From positions 1-36,302 of the forward strand of contig CBDFFH010000033.1 of the NCBI GenBank assembly GCA_965246715.1: a stretch of 36,302 nucleotides of DNA, given 5' to 3'. This DNA is from Chamaesiphon sp. Its GTDB lineage: Bacteria > Cyanobacteriota > Cyanobacteriia > Cyanobacteriales > Chamaesiphonaceae. Of this stretch, positions 8,515 through 19,042 are shown piece after piece. Both the position numbers and the translations under genes were made by a program. Positions within the stretch are counted from its first letter, which is position 1. Each line of letters starts with the position of its first letter. The notes beneath the pieces are model-generated. The model had not been told where the DNA came from. It was given only the letters and a program-made list of their open reading frames with translations, and did not search any database.

Positions 8515-9750
8515 ATGCCAACAGATTACGAATCTATTGTAAAAGAAAATATCTTAGATAACGATCTTTTCCTACAAGCAACATTCACCGGACATCAGCA
8601 AGGAGCATCAGTTCCTTATCTAAAACTGATCGTTAGACCATTAGTAATCAAATCTGAATATCATCTTCAGTTTGAATTTCACAGCGCGAGTAAAGTAATA
8701 CACAAAAATCACAAAGTTATCGAGATTGCTAACGAGATCGACGACCTACTAAAACTATCATTCAAAAATATCTACATCAAAACAAGACAGCGAGATATTC
8801 AAGTCCAAATAACTAAGAAGGGCAAAGCTCTAATCAGAGAACATCAAACTTTAGGTCAACAAGAGATTAACCTCGCACACGATCGCAATAAACCGAGACT
8901 AATTTCAGCTAACGAACATCCAGATTATCTCAAAGCCATTGGCTTTATGACCCAAGATGGTGTCATGAAAGCAAGTATGCAAGGTAAATTCAAGCAAGTA
9001 AATGAGTTCTTAAAAAATATCGAACAGACGGGAGAACTAGCGAATTTAAGCAAACCGATCCATGTTGTCGATTGTGGCTGCGGCAATGCTTATCTGACAT
9101 TTAGTACTTATTACTACCTCAATGATGTTTTAAAGTTACCTACTCACTTAACTGGAGTAGATATTAATGCCGAATGCATGAGCAAACATGATGGGACGGC
9201 AAAAAGATTGGGCTGGGACAAGATTAATTTTGAAGTAAACAATATTATCAACTTTAAACCTGCAACATCACCTCAAATCGTTCTCGCTTTACATGCTTGT
9301 GATACGGCGACCGACGATGCACTCGCTCAAGCAATAAAATGGCAAAGTAATCTGATCTTTAGCGTACCCTGTTGTCATAACAACCTGCAAACTCAACTCG
9401 ATCGATACACCAATCCAGCAATCTTCGAACCCGTTTGTCAGCACGGTATTTTGCGCGAGCGTTTAGCTGATATTTTAACAGATACATTCCGTGCCCTATT
9501 ACTTAATATCATGGGCTACAAAGTTAATGTCATCCAGTTTATATCTTCAGAACATACGGCAAAAAATATTATGATTCGGGCTGTGCGATCGAGTTCGAGT
9601 AGCGATCGAGCCAATGCGATCGAGCAATATCTAAATCTCAAACAATTTTGGCAAGTACAGCCTTATCTCGAACAGTTATTGGTAGATAATCGGTTATTGG
9701 ATGGCGAATTATCTAGCAAGGATAGTTCATTTGGCGAATTACGTGTTTAA
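8515..9750 (+). CDS. Class I SAM-dependent methyltransferase (Methyltransf_32-like)
   Basis: Motifs KFKQVNEFL, VDCGCGNAYLTF, ALHACDTATD.AL, VPCCH and EHT.KN.MIRA. Confidence 0.85.
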   Translation: MPTDYESIVKENILDNDLFLQATFTGHQQGASVPYLKLIVRPLVIKSEYHLQFEFHSASKVIHKNHKVIEIANEIDDLLKLSFKNIYIKTRQRDIQVQITKKGKALIREHQTLGQQEINLAHDRNKPRLISANEHPDYLKAIGFMTQDGVMKASMQGKFKQVNEFLKNIEQTGELANLSKPIHVVDCGCGNAYLTFSTYYYLNDVLKLPTHLTGVDINAECMSKHDGTAKRLGWDKINFEVNNIINFKPATSPQIVLALHACDTATDDALAQAIKWQSNLIFSVPCCHNNLQTQLDRYTNPAIFEPVCQHGILRERLADILTDTFRALLLNIMGYKVNVIQFISSEHTAKNIMIRAVRSSSSSDRANAIEQYLNLKQFWQVQPYLEQLLVDNRLLDGELSSKDSSFGELRV

Positions 9751-9810
9751 GATTGAGAGTTAAAACCGCAGCTAGATCGACAAAACCTGCCTGTTTGGAT
9801 CTCTAGTGAT

Positions 9811-9847
9811 GTAAGATCCCCGACTTCTTCCGAGAAGTCGGGGATCT
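9811..9847. repeat. REP-like hairpin GTA-AGATCCCCGACTTCT-tccg-AGAAGTCGGGGATCT, possible bidirectional terminator
   Basis: Perfect 15-bp stem between convergent genes; sister copy at 21181-21216. Confidence 0.85.
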
Positions 9848-9886
9848 GGCGGAGATCGTTCGGTAAATTGAGTATTATGTATCTCT

Positions 9887-10681
9887 CTACGAAATCGCGC
9901 TCCGCAAACTCCGACAAAAAGTATCGATCGCCTGTAGCCCCTCAGCAGGCGTACCCTCTGCCAACCGCTTTACCATCGCGCTGCCGACAATTACCCCGTC
10001 TGCGCCCCATTGTTGCACCTGATGGGCATGTTCTGGCGCGGCAATCCCAAACCCGATCGCGATCGGTTTATCCGTAACAGTGCGTAGATTTGCCAGGATA
10101 TCCCCGACCCTACTTTCTAGACCCGATCTTACTCCCGTTACCCCCGTAACGCTGACTAAATAAATAAACCCCTGCGACTTAGCCGCGATCGCGATAATTC
10201 GCTCCTGTGAACTAGTCGGCGCAACTAACAAAATCACTTCGATCCCGATTTCCGCTGCTGGGACTAACAATTCTTCCGCTTCTTCCAAGGGTAGATCTGG
10301 TACTACCAAGCCTTTGACTCCAGCCGCTGCAATTTGGCTCAAGAAGTTGCGGATGCCCTTATTCAGGATGGGGTTGTAATAAGTAAATAAAATAATCGGC
10401 GCTTTAATCTGGGGACTGATTTCCGCCACCATCTGGATTACATCATCCAACTTCACACCCTTGGCTAGCGCCCGCGTCGCCGCCGCTTGAATCACCGGGC
10501 CATCTGCTAACGGATCGGAATAGGGTACGCCTAACTCGATCAGATCTGCACCCGCTGCATCCAGAGTTTTGAGCGCTTGAGCTGTCGTTGCTAAGTCAGG
10601 ATCGCCAGCGGTGATGAAGGGAATCAGGGCGCACTGTTGGCGATCGCGTAATGACTGAAAACAACTAGAGACAGAATACAT
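9887..10681 (-). CDS. trpA: Tryptophan synthase alpha chain
   Basis: Motifs [35 protein letters not shown] and [10 protein letters not shown]. Confidence 0.97.
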   Translation of the reverse strand: MYSVSSCFQSLRDRQQCALIPFITAGDPDLATTAQALKTLDAAGADLIELGVPYSDPLADGPVIQAAATRALAKGVKLDDVIQMVAEISPQIKAPIILFTYYNPILNKGIRNFLSQIAAAGVKGLVVPDLPLEEAEELLVPAAEIGIEVILLVAPTSSQERIIAIAAKSQGFIYLVSVTGVTGVRSGLESRVGDILANLRTVTDKPIAIGFGIAAPEHAHQVQQWGADGVIVGSAMVKRLAEGTPAEGLQAIDTFCRSLRSAIS

Positions 10682-10722
10682 GTTTAAAATTATGAATTAC
10701 GAATTAGGAAACTCAACCGAAT

Positions 10723-11046
10723 TTATGTTTTTTTGTTAGCTTTTTGCTGCTTTTCTTGCTCGATTTCGGCTTGCAATGTGGCTAATTGTTCGGGAGTGAG
10801 ATCGTCATAGCGTTTTTGCAACACAGCCTCTTCATATTCCTGGCGCTGCCGATCGTAAGTCATATTTTTGGTTGCAACCCGAAATATATAACTAAACGAC
10901 CATGCCAAAACGATGGCAACCAACAGCAGTTGGCTCCAGATGCCCGCATCGATATTATCCAATCCTGCTGACTTTAAACCCAGGTATCCAGCACCACCGA
11001 TCGCAAAGACAACGACCCCGATAATCAATACATCAATTCTCCGCAT
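10723..11046 (-). CDS. DUF3007-family membrane protein
   Basis: Motifs MRRID, AGIWSQ and MTY..Q...YE.AVLQKR; it lies in the usual ndhL-DUF3007-trpA order. Confidence 0.85.
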   Translation of the reverse strand: MRRIDVLIIGVVVFAIGGAGYLGLKSAGLDNIDAGIWSQLLLVAIVLAWSFSYIFRVATKNMTYDRQRQEYEEAVLQKRYDDLTPEQLATLQAEIEQEKQQKANKKT

Positions 11047-11055
11047 GCGCTAAGT

Positions 11056-11268
11056 CTAAGCCTCGATTTCGCGGCGTTTGGGTCGAAGGTTGAGAAATGG
11101 TGCCAGTAGAATCATCCCCGGGAACAGGAAAAATACTAGAAAGTACATCAGTAGTCGTTCGATCGAACTAGCAACATACCAGCGGTTCTGGAGATATAGA
11201 TATAGCATCCCCGGCAATACCAATAGGTAAGCCCCGCTTAAAGCCAGATATAACAACGCGACTATCAT
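11056..11268 (-). CDS. ndhL: NAD(P)H-quinone oxidoreductase subunit L
   Basis: Motif YL..RWYVASS.ER..MYFLVF..FPG..LL.PFLN.RP. ATG at 11268 (MIVALLY) is preferred over TTG at 11292. Confidence 0.92.
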   Translation of the reverse strand: MIVALLYLALSGAYLLVLPGMLYLYLQNRWYVASSIERLLMYFLVFFLFPGMILLAPFLNLRPKRREIEA

Positions 11269-11516
11269 AAGGTGTCTGTCTGCTTGATTCAATCTCTATT
11301 CTACCAGCCTTCTGGATGTGTCTGTTGGCAAATGATGTCCATGCAGCAATTCTCATTGTGGAAAATAGCTGGCCAAACCCATGATAGTCAGGTACTGTGA
11401 ATGGGATGAGGGAGAAGAGTAAGAGGCGCAGCATCGCCGCCTCACTTGTATGATTCAGGGTCTAGAGCTAGATTTACCCCTCAATACCAGTTGAAATTCC
11501 CTAATGAGAATTGCTG

Positions 11517-12335
11517 CTAACGATCGCTGGCGATCGACATTTCTTCCAAATGATGCTGTTCGCTTTGCGGGGTGGAACGGCACTCGCCAATTTCTTTGAG
11601 TCGCTCGCTCAAACTAGTTACTTCTAACTCTGACGGTGGCGTGACAATCTGGAGGGCAGCAGCATCGCGGTTGAGGCATTGTCGTCCGCGTTGAATGGCT
11701 TGGATGAGATCTTTTAATTGATACTCCATATTGTGTAATACCCGATCGGCATACTCATCCGCACCAGCTTGAATCTGCTGGCATTCTGCCACTATTTCTT
11801 GGCGCATCCGCTCTAGTTCCCGAGCGTGACAATCGCGCGCCTGCTCAATTTCTAACAGTGTTTGTTGCCGGAGTCGATCGCATTCAGCAATTGCCAGTTG
11901 TCTGATATATGTGGCTTCTTGCTCGGAACGATCGACGATCCCTAATTCATTGGTAACTAGATCGGCACGTTGATGTGCCTCCGCGAGAATATACTGGACT
12001 TGCTGTTGAGCTTCTTGGACGATCTGATGCTTGTATTGCAGGATTTCTTGAGCCGTTGTGACTACCTCAGGTAAGCTCAAGCGAATCGCGTCGATTTGCT
12101 CTAATAATGCTTCCTCCTCCACCATCGTTTTCCCCGTCAATGGTACGCGGGGACTGCTCAATATTCGCTCTTCCAATCGATCGATCGCCTTAAAGATGTC
12201 TGGAGCGTCAACCCCGCGCGGATGAACCTCGGTTTCGGGTGTGTCCAAATTTTGCAATAGACTCTGTTGTCGATCTTCGCGAGTGTTGGAGCTGCTACTG
12301 TCTAAGAGTGTTTGGTGGATGGACTGTTGTAACAT
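11517..12335 (-). CDS. cdv3: Cdv3 (DivIVA-like) cell-division coiled-coil protein
   Basis: Motifs [25 protein letters not shown] and IQ.GAD.YAD.VL. It follows coaD with a 34-bp overlap, as in other cyanobacteria. Confidence 0.8.
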   Translation of the reverse strand: MLQQSIHQTLLDSSSSNTREDRQQSLLQNLDTPETEVHPRGVDAPDIFKAIDRLEERILSSPRVPLTGKTMVEEEALLEQIDAIRLSLPEVVTTAQEILQYKHQIVQEAQQQVQYILAEAHQRADLVTNELGIVDRSEQEATYIRQLAIAECDRLRQQTLLEIEQARDCHARELERMRQEIVAECQQIQAGADEYADRVLHNMEYQLKDLIQAIQRGRQCLNRDAAALQIVTPPSELEVTSLSERLKEIGECRSTPQSEQHHLEEMSIASDR

Positions 12336-12799
12336 TGGTATAGCTCTGAAGCAATATGAGTTGGCACGAGACGCTCGATCGATCCGTTAAATCTAGCAAT
12401 TTCTTTAACGATGCTACTGCTAAGGAAACCATACTCGGTTGAGGTGGCTAAAAATACTGTTTCGATCTCAGTGGACAAGGTTTTGTTGGTATGCGCCATT
12501 TGTAGTTCTTTCTCAAAATCAGAGAGAACTCTCAATCCTCTGAGCAGTACTTTTGCACCGATCAGATGAGCATACGTCACAGTCAATCCGTCGAAACTAT
12601 CTACTTCTACTTGCGGTAAATGTTTGGTAGCAGTGCGGATCTGATATAGGCGTTGTTCGACGGAAAATAATGGCGTTTTACCTGGATTTCGTAAGACTGC
12701 CACTACCAACCGATCGAATAGCTTACTCCCCCGTTCGATAATGTCTAAATGACCTAATGTAATTGGATCGAAACTACCAGGGTAAATAGCGATTGTCAT
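12302..12799 (-). CDS. coaD: Phosphopantetheine adenylyltransferase
   Basis: Motifs [27 protein letters not shown] and LSSS.VKE. Confidence 0.97.
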   Translation of the reverse strand: MTIAIYPGSFDPITLGHLDIIERGSKLFDRLVVAVLRNPGKTPLFSVEQRLYQIRTATKHLPQVEVDSFDGLTVTYAHLIGAKVLLRGLRVLSDFEKELQMAHTNKTLSTEIETVFLATSTEYGFLSSSIVKEIARFNGSIERLVPTHIASELYQCYNSPSTKHS

Positions 12800-13211
12800 T
12801 AGCGAGCGTTGTTTGGTGGTAAGCGGTTGAATCTTCGATCGAATAGTTTAAACTCGCTCGCTCATATTTTGCTCGACAGAGAATAAAAGTTAAACAGTTT
12901 TCAATCTTTGGCGGAAAATCTTTATTTAACTTAACTTTTAGATAAGAGCTATTTCACTAACGAGCAATAATTTCGATCGATTTCGGTGTCAATAGTGACG
13001 CTAGCTCGCTGGCTCAGGCGGCAAACCGGTTGCTAGCAGTTAGAGGTACGAAATAACACTGGCAAAATTATAAGGATAATTTGAGATTTGTGGTGAATAT
13101 TTTTATAGTTTCTTTATAGTTTCATATCGTTCTATGTATTTATGAAAGATCGCATTAATTTTGACACGCTCGTAAGCTCCTTACTGAGTCGAAGCCATCG
13201 ACGCATAATAA

Positions 13212-13243
13212 AAAGATGTACTAGCAAGCGCTAATACATCTTT
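13212..13243 (-). terminator. Rho-independent terminator of petC-petA
   Basis: Minus-strand AAAGATGTATTAGC-gctt-GCTAGTACATCTTT(TT) hairpin with a U tract, about 80 bp after the petA stop. Confidence 0.6.
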
Positions 13244-13322
13244 AATATATCTCGATAAATCCGATCGGTCTGTGTTCTATCGATCTATCGACTCGACAAT
13301 TTTGTGTTGACGAAAAGAAATT

Positions 13323-14309
13323 CTAGAATTCCATTTCCGCAGCTTGAACGCGCTCGACCTGTTTCTTTTTGAGCACCAGTAAGACTTGCGATAGCATAAT
13401 CATAAAGACAAATGCCATCAAACCCAGAATCCGATCGGGATTTTGCAAGACGATTTCAATATCTTTTTGACCGAAACCACCGACATTAGGATTATTAGTC
13501 AGTGCTTGTCCGGCAGTTACCGCAGCACCTTTAGCAATTAGCAATTCGGGGCCAGCCGGAATTTTGTCGATAACTGCATCACCTGTAGCAGGTTGAATGG
13601 TGACTTGCGTGCTACCATCTTCTTGTTTGGCGATCGTCTGCACGTTACCAGCAACAGAAGCAGTGTAAACGGTGTTATTGCTTTTTTCACCAGTTGGATA
13701 CACCTGGCCGCGTCCGCGATTAGCACCAACGTGAATTTGGTACTTACCAAAGTAGATCCCTTTCTCGGTCTTAGGATTGGGTGATAGTACGGGGAAGATG
13801 ATTTCTTGATATTTATCGCCAGGTAACGGCCCGATGATTACCGTATTTTCATTACCTTCACCGTAGGGCTGGAAGTATAGCCCTTGGGTCTTTTCTTTCA
13901 TTTCGGGTGAAAGACGGTCTTCAGGGGCGATTTTGAATCCCTCTGGTAGCATTAGTACCGCACCAACGTTCAATGGCCCTTTTTCGCCATTGGCAGTTAC
14001 TTGTTGGATACTCTGGTCGTAAGGAATTTTGACGACGGCCTCAAATACGGTATCGGGTTTCACCGACTGAGGTACTTCGATTTCGGTAGGTTTAGCAGCT
14101 AAGTGGCAGTTGGCACACACGATTCTACCCGTTGGTTCGCGGGGAGTAATCGGATAGGTTTGTTGCGCCCAAAAGGGATAAGCGGCGGCGGACTGAGGTA
14201 CTGCAATATCGGTGGCAAATACGATCCCAACACTAGCCAAGATGACGACTAAAGCTTTGGTCAGCAGTCGCTGGCTACGTTGCCAGAGTAAAGATAAAGT
14301 TAATTTCAT
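13323..14309 (-). CDS. petA: Apocytochrome f
   Basis: Signal peptide, YPFWAQQ, CANCH haem motif, [16 protein letters not shown], and a C-terminal TM followed by [14 protein letters not shown]. Confidence 0.98.
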   Translation of the reverse strand: MKLTLSLLWQRSQRLLTKALVVILASVGIVFATDIAVPQSAAAYPFWAQQTYPITPREPTGRIVCANCHLAAKPTEIEVPQSVKPDTVFEAVVKIPYDQSIQQVTANGEKGPLNVGAVLMLPEGFKIAPEDRLSPEMKEKTQGLYFQPYGEGNENTVIIGPLPGDKYQEIIFPVLSPNPKTEKGIYFGKYQIHVGANRGRGQVYPTGEKSNNTVYTASVAGNVQTIAKQEDGSTQVTIQPATGDAVIDKIPAGPELLIAKGAAVTAGQALTNNPNVGGFGQKDIEIVLQNPDRILGLMAFVFMIMLSQVLLVLKKKQVERVQAAEMEF

Positions 14310-14453
14310 GGTTTAAGGATGACAGACGAAGAAAACTAAATAATATACAGATTTTTTGAGAGTGGAGCCTGGAGAGCGAACAGCGAACAACAAACAGTGG
14401 ATAGTTAAACAGTGCTTAACTCATATCTACTGACTTTCTAATCGCTTATCCTC

Positions 14454-14474
14454 ATCCCTAATCCCTAATCCCTA
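14454..14474. repeat. Heptameric tandem repeat (ATCCCTA)x3, STRR-like
   Basis: Three exact copies in the petC-petA spacer. Confidence 0.7.
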
Positions 14475-14475
14475 T

Positions 14476-15018
14476 TTATGCCCACCAAGCGGGTTCGTCT
14501 GTGCGGAAGTCGGTTTCTGTCCAAGGAGTGAGCGAGACGGTATCGTTTTCCGTGACTGCGGCGTGAGCGAGGGGAAGAGATTTCGGCGCTGGGCCACGAA
14601 CCATTTTGCCAGTGCTATCATATTGAGAACCATGACAGGGGCACATGAATTTGTTCTCAGCGACATTCCATGGAACCACACAACCGAGGTGAGTACAGAT
14701 CGCGTTAATCCCATAGTTAACCACGGTGCCACCGTCAGCAACGATGATATAAGTAGGATCGCCTTTCAATCCTTGTGCTAATGCGCGATCGCCGACAGCT
14801 TTACCAGCTATAAACTCACTCACCTTAAGATCGTTACCTTTGGCATCTTTGGCCGTCGCACCACCACCAGCAGCACCGCTTGCAGGCGGCACAAAGTAGG
14901 CGACAAAGGGGTAAGCAGCACCGAGAACCATCCCAGTAATGGTACCAAAGGTGAGTAAGTTCATAAATTGGCGACGACCGAGATCTGGTACGTCAGCGGA
15001 ACTAGAAAGTTGAGCCAT
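14476..15018 (-). CDS. petC: Cytochrome b6f Rieske iron-sulfur subunit
   Basis: Tat motif RRQFMN; CTHLGC and CPCHGSQY boxes. Confidence 0.98.
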   Translation of the reverse strand: MAQLSSSADVPDLGRRQFMNLLTFGTITGMVLGAAYPFVAYFVPPASGAAGGGATAKDAKGNDLKVSEFIAGKAVGDRALAQGLKGDPTYIIVADGGTVVNYGINAICTHLGCVVPWNVAENKFMCPCHGSQYDSTGKMVRGPAPKSLPLAHAAVTENDTVSLTPWTETDFRTDEPAWWA

Positions 15019-15199
15019 AAACTAAACTGGATGAGGTGAATTTTTTTCTATTAACGTTATTAGTTTAACCGTTAGTGACAAGCTAGGTCGAGGATCGAAA
15101 TGCTCTTTTTACTTGGTAGACGTGGCGCTACAGGACTAGGGTTAGCAGTTGGGGATCGGTTTTTCTAAATGAAGATCGATCGCGGATCTCTACACTTTA

Positions 15200-16576
15200 T
15201 CATCCCGGTTGGGTCAGGAGATCGATCGCGTGGCGATCGTGATTGAGTTCGGCGAGATCGAGCGCCGTCAAACCCCCAGGATTTTTGCAAGTGCGATCGG
15301 CTCCAGTGGCAAGTAATAATTTGATGATGGTCATGTTGTGGCAATGCGTCGCCCACATCAGTGCGGTTGCGCCAGAGTCGTCGCGAACATCGAGATCGGC
15401 ACCAACGGTAATTAGCGATCGAACTAATTCGATTTCGCCTTTGATAACTGAGATAATTAGGGGCGTTTGGCCATCCTTAAGCGTTTGTTGCGGCGAAATA
15501 CCTGCTGCTAATAATAGCTGAGCGATTTCTGAAGCACCATTAACTATTGCCACTCCGAATGCCGTGATGCCCTGCTGATGAGCTGTCAGATCCGGTCGAG
15601 CGTCTAAAATTAGCTTCACGGCTGCTAAATGACCGTGTAAAGCGGCTAAAACTAGGGGTGTATCGCCCCAACTAGTGATGAGATCTGTTGTCGCTCCATG
15701 ACCGAGCAGCAATTTCAGCAGCTCCGTATTACCTTCGATCGCCGCTAGATGCAGCGCGGTTTCTAAGTCTTGAGATTGACGGTTTGGGTCGGCTCCAGCA
15801 GCTAAGAGCATCGCGACGATTTCTGTGTTGACAGCAGATGTAGCGGCGATGAGCGCAGTCCAACCATCGTGATTTTGGCGATTTAGATCTGCTCCAGCTT
15901 GGATTAAGGGTTTAATCAGGTGGACGTAGCTGCGTTCGGCCGCAATAATTAATAAACTATCCCCTTCATTATCGAGATCTTGCGGATTTGCCCCAGCAGC
16001 TAATAACAAATCGAGTAGCGCCATATCTCCAGGTGCGGGGATGAGCATCAGTGGCGTTTTGCCATCGCTGCGCCGATAATGAACGTCGGCACCCGCAGCA
16101 AGTAATTGGCAAATAATTTGCAGATGATTTTGCACGATTGCGATGTTGAGCGCGGTATCGCCATCCCGATCGATCTGCCGGACATTGGCTCCCGCCGCGA
16201 TCGATAATGCTACGATCTCCTTGGCACCTACTAAAGCAGCACCCATCAGCGCGTTACTGCCATCTTCATTGGTGGCATCGATATCGGCACCGCTCTCTAA
16301 TAATCGCTCGTAGACATCGATTTTATTGGCGGCGGCAGCAAACATTAATGCCGTAGTCCCATACTGACGACGATGGAGATTGAGATCCGTACCAGCCGCA
16401 ATTAGGAGATCGACGATTTGCACGAACCCCCGTTGGGCAGCAAACATCAGTGCGGTAGTACCCTGGGAGTCAGTTGCATTAACTTGGGCACCTTTGACTA
16501 GTGCTGTTTGGACTTGACGATCGTTACCCAGTCTAGCTGACTGGATGAGCGAGAGATTGAATCGATTGGATGTCAT
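15200..16576 (-). CDS. Ankyrin-repeat protein (about 13 repeats)
   Basis: Repeated G.TAL..AA..G...IV..LL..GA..N units. ATG at 16576 is preferred over TTG at 16591. Confidence 0.9.
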   Translation of the reverse strand: MTSNRFNLSLIQSARLGNDRQVQTALVKGAQVNATDSQGTTALMFAAQRGFVQIVDLLIAAGTDLNLHRRQYGTTALMFAAAANKIDVYERLLESGADIDATNEDGSNALMGAALVGAKEIVALSIAAGANVRQIDRDGDTALNIAIVQNHLQIICQLLAAGADVHYRRSDGKTPLMLIPAPGDMALLDLLLAAGANPQDLDNEGDSLLIIAAERSYVHLIKPLIQAGADLNRQNHDGWTALIAATSAVNTEIVAMLLAAGADPNRQSQDLETALHLAAIEGNTELLKLLLGHGATTDLITSWGDTPLVLAALHGHLAAVKLILDARPDLTAHQQGITAFGVAIVNGASEIAQLLLAAGISPQQTLKDGQTPLIISVIKGEIELVRSLITVGADLDVRDDSGATALMWATHCHNMTIIKLLLATGADRTCKNPGGLTALDLAELNHDRHAIDLLTQPG

Positions 16577-16708
16577 GATAAATTTCGGCAATCGAGCAGT
16601 CCATAAATCTTACAGTGCTCGATTTTCTGTGAGAAAGGCTTCGCCAACGAATTATATGCTAACTTTTATAAATATTCTTAGACTTATTCGGTAATTTTTT
16701 TTGCTCTT

Positions 16709-17176
16709 ATGGACTTCATCCCCACCACGCTCAAACCATATCTCAATTTCATTCATCCACCGCTGATGTGGATTTTGCTGGCAACTTCCTTATATGCAGG
16801 GTATTTAGGCTGGCAGATTCGGCGCACGCGGACGGCAACTGGGGACGAAAAGAAACAGCTTATCCAAGGCAAATATAATCTACGCCATTATCAATACGGC
16901 TCGATCGTCTTGGCGATTATGGTGTTAGGCTCGATCGGCGGTATGGCTGCTACTTATATCAATAATGGTAAATTATTTGTCGGGCCACACCTCCTAGCAG
17001 GTTTGGGCATGACTGGCTTAATTGCTGTCTCTGCTTCGTTGTCTCCCTACATGCAAAAGGGTCATGATTGGGCGCGCTACAGTCATATCGGCATCAATCT
17101 AGTTATCGTCGGTCTCTTCGGCTGGCAAGCGCTCTCGGGTGTCGAAATTCTGCAGCGGATTATTAGTAAAATGTAG
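16709..17176 (+). CDS. DUF4079-family membrane protein
   Basis: Motifs HP.LMW, H...GS..L, NNGKLFVGPHLLAGL and AR..HI; four TM segments with conserved His. Confidence 0.85.
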   Translation: MDFIPTTLKPYLNFIHPPLMWILLATSLYAGYLGWQIRRTRTATGDEKKQLIQGKYNLRHYQYGSIVLAIMVLGSIGGMAATYINNGKLFVGPHLLAGLGMTGLIAVSASLSPYMQKGHDWARYSHIGINLVIVGLFGWQALSGVEILQRIISKM

Positions 17177-17189
17177 CAGTGGATGGTGA

Positions 17190-17286
17190 CTAACGTCAGT
17201 TCGGGATCGGAATCGATCGTCGGGTGCTTGAATTGGGGGCGCAGATCGGTGTCTCAGCTTAAATTCTTATCCCGAACTTACGTTAG
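17190..17286. mobile_element. MITE-like element A (about 91-97 bp), IS982-like ends
   Basis: 18-bp inverted repeats with 1 mismatch: CTAACGTCAGTTCGGGAT (17190-17207) and ATCCCGAACTTACGTTAG (17269-17286). No ORF. The family call rests on recalled ACGT.AGTTCG ends. Confidence 0.65.
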
Positions 17287-17293
17287 CTAAATA

Positions 17294-17447
17294 ACCCAAG
17301 TTGCTACCTACTAGAACGCCAACGATTGAAATCGTGGCTAATGTTGCAAAGTCCGCCTTCGCGGACTAGTTTATTAGTCCGCGAAGGCGGACTTTATACT
17401 CCGAGGAGCGGTTTCTAACCGCTTAGGTTATAGGTAGCAACTTGGGT
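17294..17447. mobile_element. MITE-like element B (154 bp) with REP-like cargo, IS982-like ends
   Basis: Perfect 17-bp TIR ACCCAAGTTGCTACCTA / TAGGTAGCAACTTGGGT, a 6-bp direct repeat TAAATA (17288-17293 and 17448-17453), and an internal 21-bp-arm palindrome at 17348-17395. Confidence 0.85.
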
Positions 17448-17890
17448 TAAATAATATAATTCGTGACTTCTCCCTGTGAGGCTTGCCAACTGCGAGCATC
17501 ATAGTAAAGATCGGCGAGGGAGATGCTGGCGAGAGCAGCTTGGAGTTTTTCGTTGAGTCTGCGCCAGACCATCAGTGCGACCCAATCGGCGGCGAGACTG
17601 GCATTAGCGACTTGGGGTGGTAATGGTTCGATCGATTCACCAACGGCAGTTAAGATGTCGTTTAGAGAAATTTGGCTGGGGTTTTTAGCTAATTGATAGC
17701 CGCCATGTGCGCCCCGAATAGACTTCACTAGCCCCGCCCGTCGCAACTCGATGAGTAATTTTTCGAGATAGGGTGCGGGTAAATATTGACGTGTAGCGAT
17801 CGCATTGACAGAGGCTGGGCCATAACTAGGTTGTAAACTAAGATCTAGCATCGCTTTCACACTGTAATGCCCGCGCGTTGTCAATTTCAT
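17447..17890 (-). CDS. Rrf2-family transcriptional regulator (Cys-less, Slr0846-like)
   Basis: Motifs MKLTTRGHYSVKA, YLEKLL..LRRAGLV.S.RG..GGY.LA. There are no cysteines, so it is not an Fe-S-binding IscR. Divergent from cyAbrB. Confidence 0.88.
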   Translation of the reverse strand: MKLTTRGHYSVKAMLDLSLQPSYGPASVNAIATRQYLPAPYLEKLLIELRRAGLVKSIRGAHGGYQLAKNPSQISLNDILTAVGESIEPLPPQVANASLAADWVALMVWRRLNEKLQAALASISLADLYYDARSWQASQGEVTNYII

Positions 17891-18416
17891 GATGATATGT
17901 GGCTGTTCGGGAACGAGTATAAACGCTCGTTCCTATTCGCCGATGGGGGTTAGGAGCATTTGTCGACTTGTTAGCTAACGCCCGATCGAGCCAACGATCG
18001 AACTTTAGCCGTTACCTCTTAATTCATTCATGATAGCAACTCTCCCACATCTAGCAATCGAGATCTTACCAGAAAATATCCCGATATTTATTGGCGTCGA
18101 TCGGAAATTCAGTGACTATTCAACCACCGATCGAAGCAATGCCCGATTGCTTGCTCGGGCGTTTAACCATGGGGCATTCATCGCACACAATCCATAATTC
18201 ATAATTTAGATCGGCTTTAACTTTACAATTTCTGTTAAGTAACGTTTCACTCAAAAAAAAGATGGTATTTTAGATCGAGACGGTTAACAAACTTGCTCTT
18301 GTCAGTGTACTATGGAGTTAAGTGCTAATAGCAACCTCGATAACTAATCGCAGGTCTAGTTTAGCAAAACCGCAACGCCGGATAGCGTTAGATCCTCTAG
18401 TTTTAAATCTAAGTTG

Positions 18417-18809
18417 ATGAGTAATAAAAAAACTATTGAGCCTCTAGTAGGCGAAGAACTACTTCAAAAAGTCAAAGAACTCGGTAGTGCGAGCCGAGAA
18501 GATAAAGCGCGGGAATGCGGCTACTTCACCGAAACTAAGAACGGTGTCGAGCGCGTTAACATGATGAAATTTCTCAACGCGCTACTCGATGCAGACGGTG
18601 TGCAGTTAGATAGTAAAGCTGTTGGTGGCGGTCGTGGCGGTCGCAGCGCTAGTTACAAAATCACCGTCCAATCAAATAATAATCTTTTGATTGGTGCTGC
18701 ATACACCAAGCAAATGGGACTCAAGGAAGGAGACGTATTTGAAATCTCCCTAGGGCGGAAACACATTCATCTCAAACAAATCGATAAAAACGGGGATGAG
18801 GCAGAATAG
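18417..18809 (+). CDS. Cyanobacterial AbrB-like regulator (cyAbrB2/Sll0822-like clade)
   Basis: Motifs KA..CGY...TKNG.ERVNMMKFLNAL and GRGGRSASY.I.VQSN.NLLIG.AYT..M.L..GD.FEI.LG.KHI.L. Confidence 0.9.
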   Translation: MSNKKTIEPLVGEELLQKVKELGSASREDKARECGYFTETKNGVERVNMMKFLNALLDADGVQLDSKAVGGGRGGRSASYKITVQSNNNLLIGAAYTKQMGLKEGDVFEISLGRKHIHLKQIDKNGDEAE

Positions 18810-18827
18810 AGCATAATGCTCGATAAC

Positions 18828-18861
18828 TGCGAATGTGACAGCGACGACCGTCGCATTCGCA
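18828..18861 (+). terminator. Stem-loop downstream of cyAbrB
   Basis: TGCGAATGTGAC / GTCGCATTCGCA 12-bp stem with one G-U pair; no U tract on the plus strand. Confidence 0.4.
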
Positions 18862-19042
18862 AAAATATTCAGATGACAACGACAATGAAATCGATCGGTC
18901 GAACGATCTATCGATCGGGAAGTCGGGATTTTCCCACATTGCTAGTAAATCTAGGTTGCTAATGTAGTAATCTGAGATTTGCTAGCTTTATCTGCTCCTT
19001 AGGGAGAGATATTTGTATAGTTTTTAACTTATACCTAATTTC

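Noticed and set aside
11168..11434. 88-aa ORF and small hairpins upstream of ndhL (possible tRNA or sRNA)
   Set aside because: The ORF overlaps ndhL out of frame; there is no cloverleaf, T-loop or recognisable sRNA motif.
15200..16576. Ankyrin repeats as a possible eukaryote-like effector
   Set aside because: Multi-ankyrin proteins are common in cyanobacteria; there is no secretion signal and the composition is host-like.
18030..18197. 55-codon plus-strand ORF (MIATLPHLAIEIL...) between Rrf2 and cyAbrB
   Set aside because: No RBS or motif; it lies in a divergent promoter region and is probably a chance ORF.
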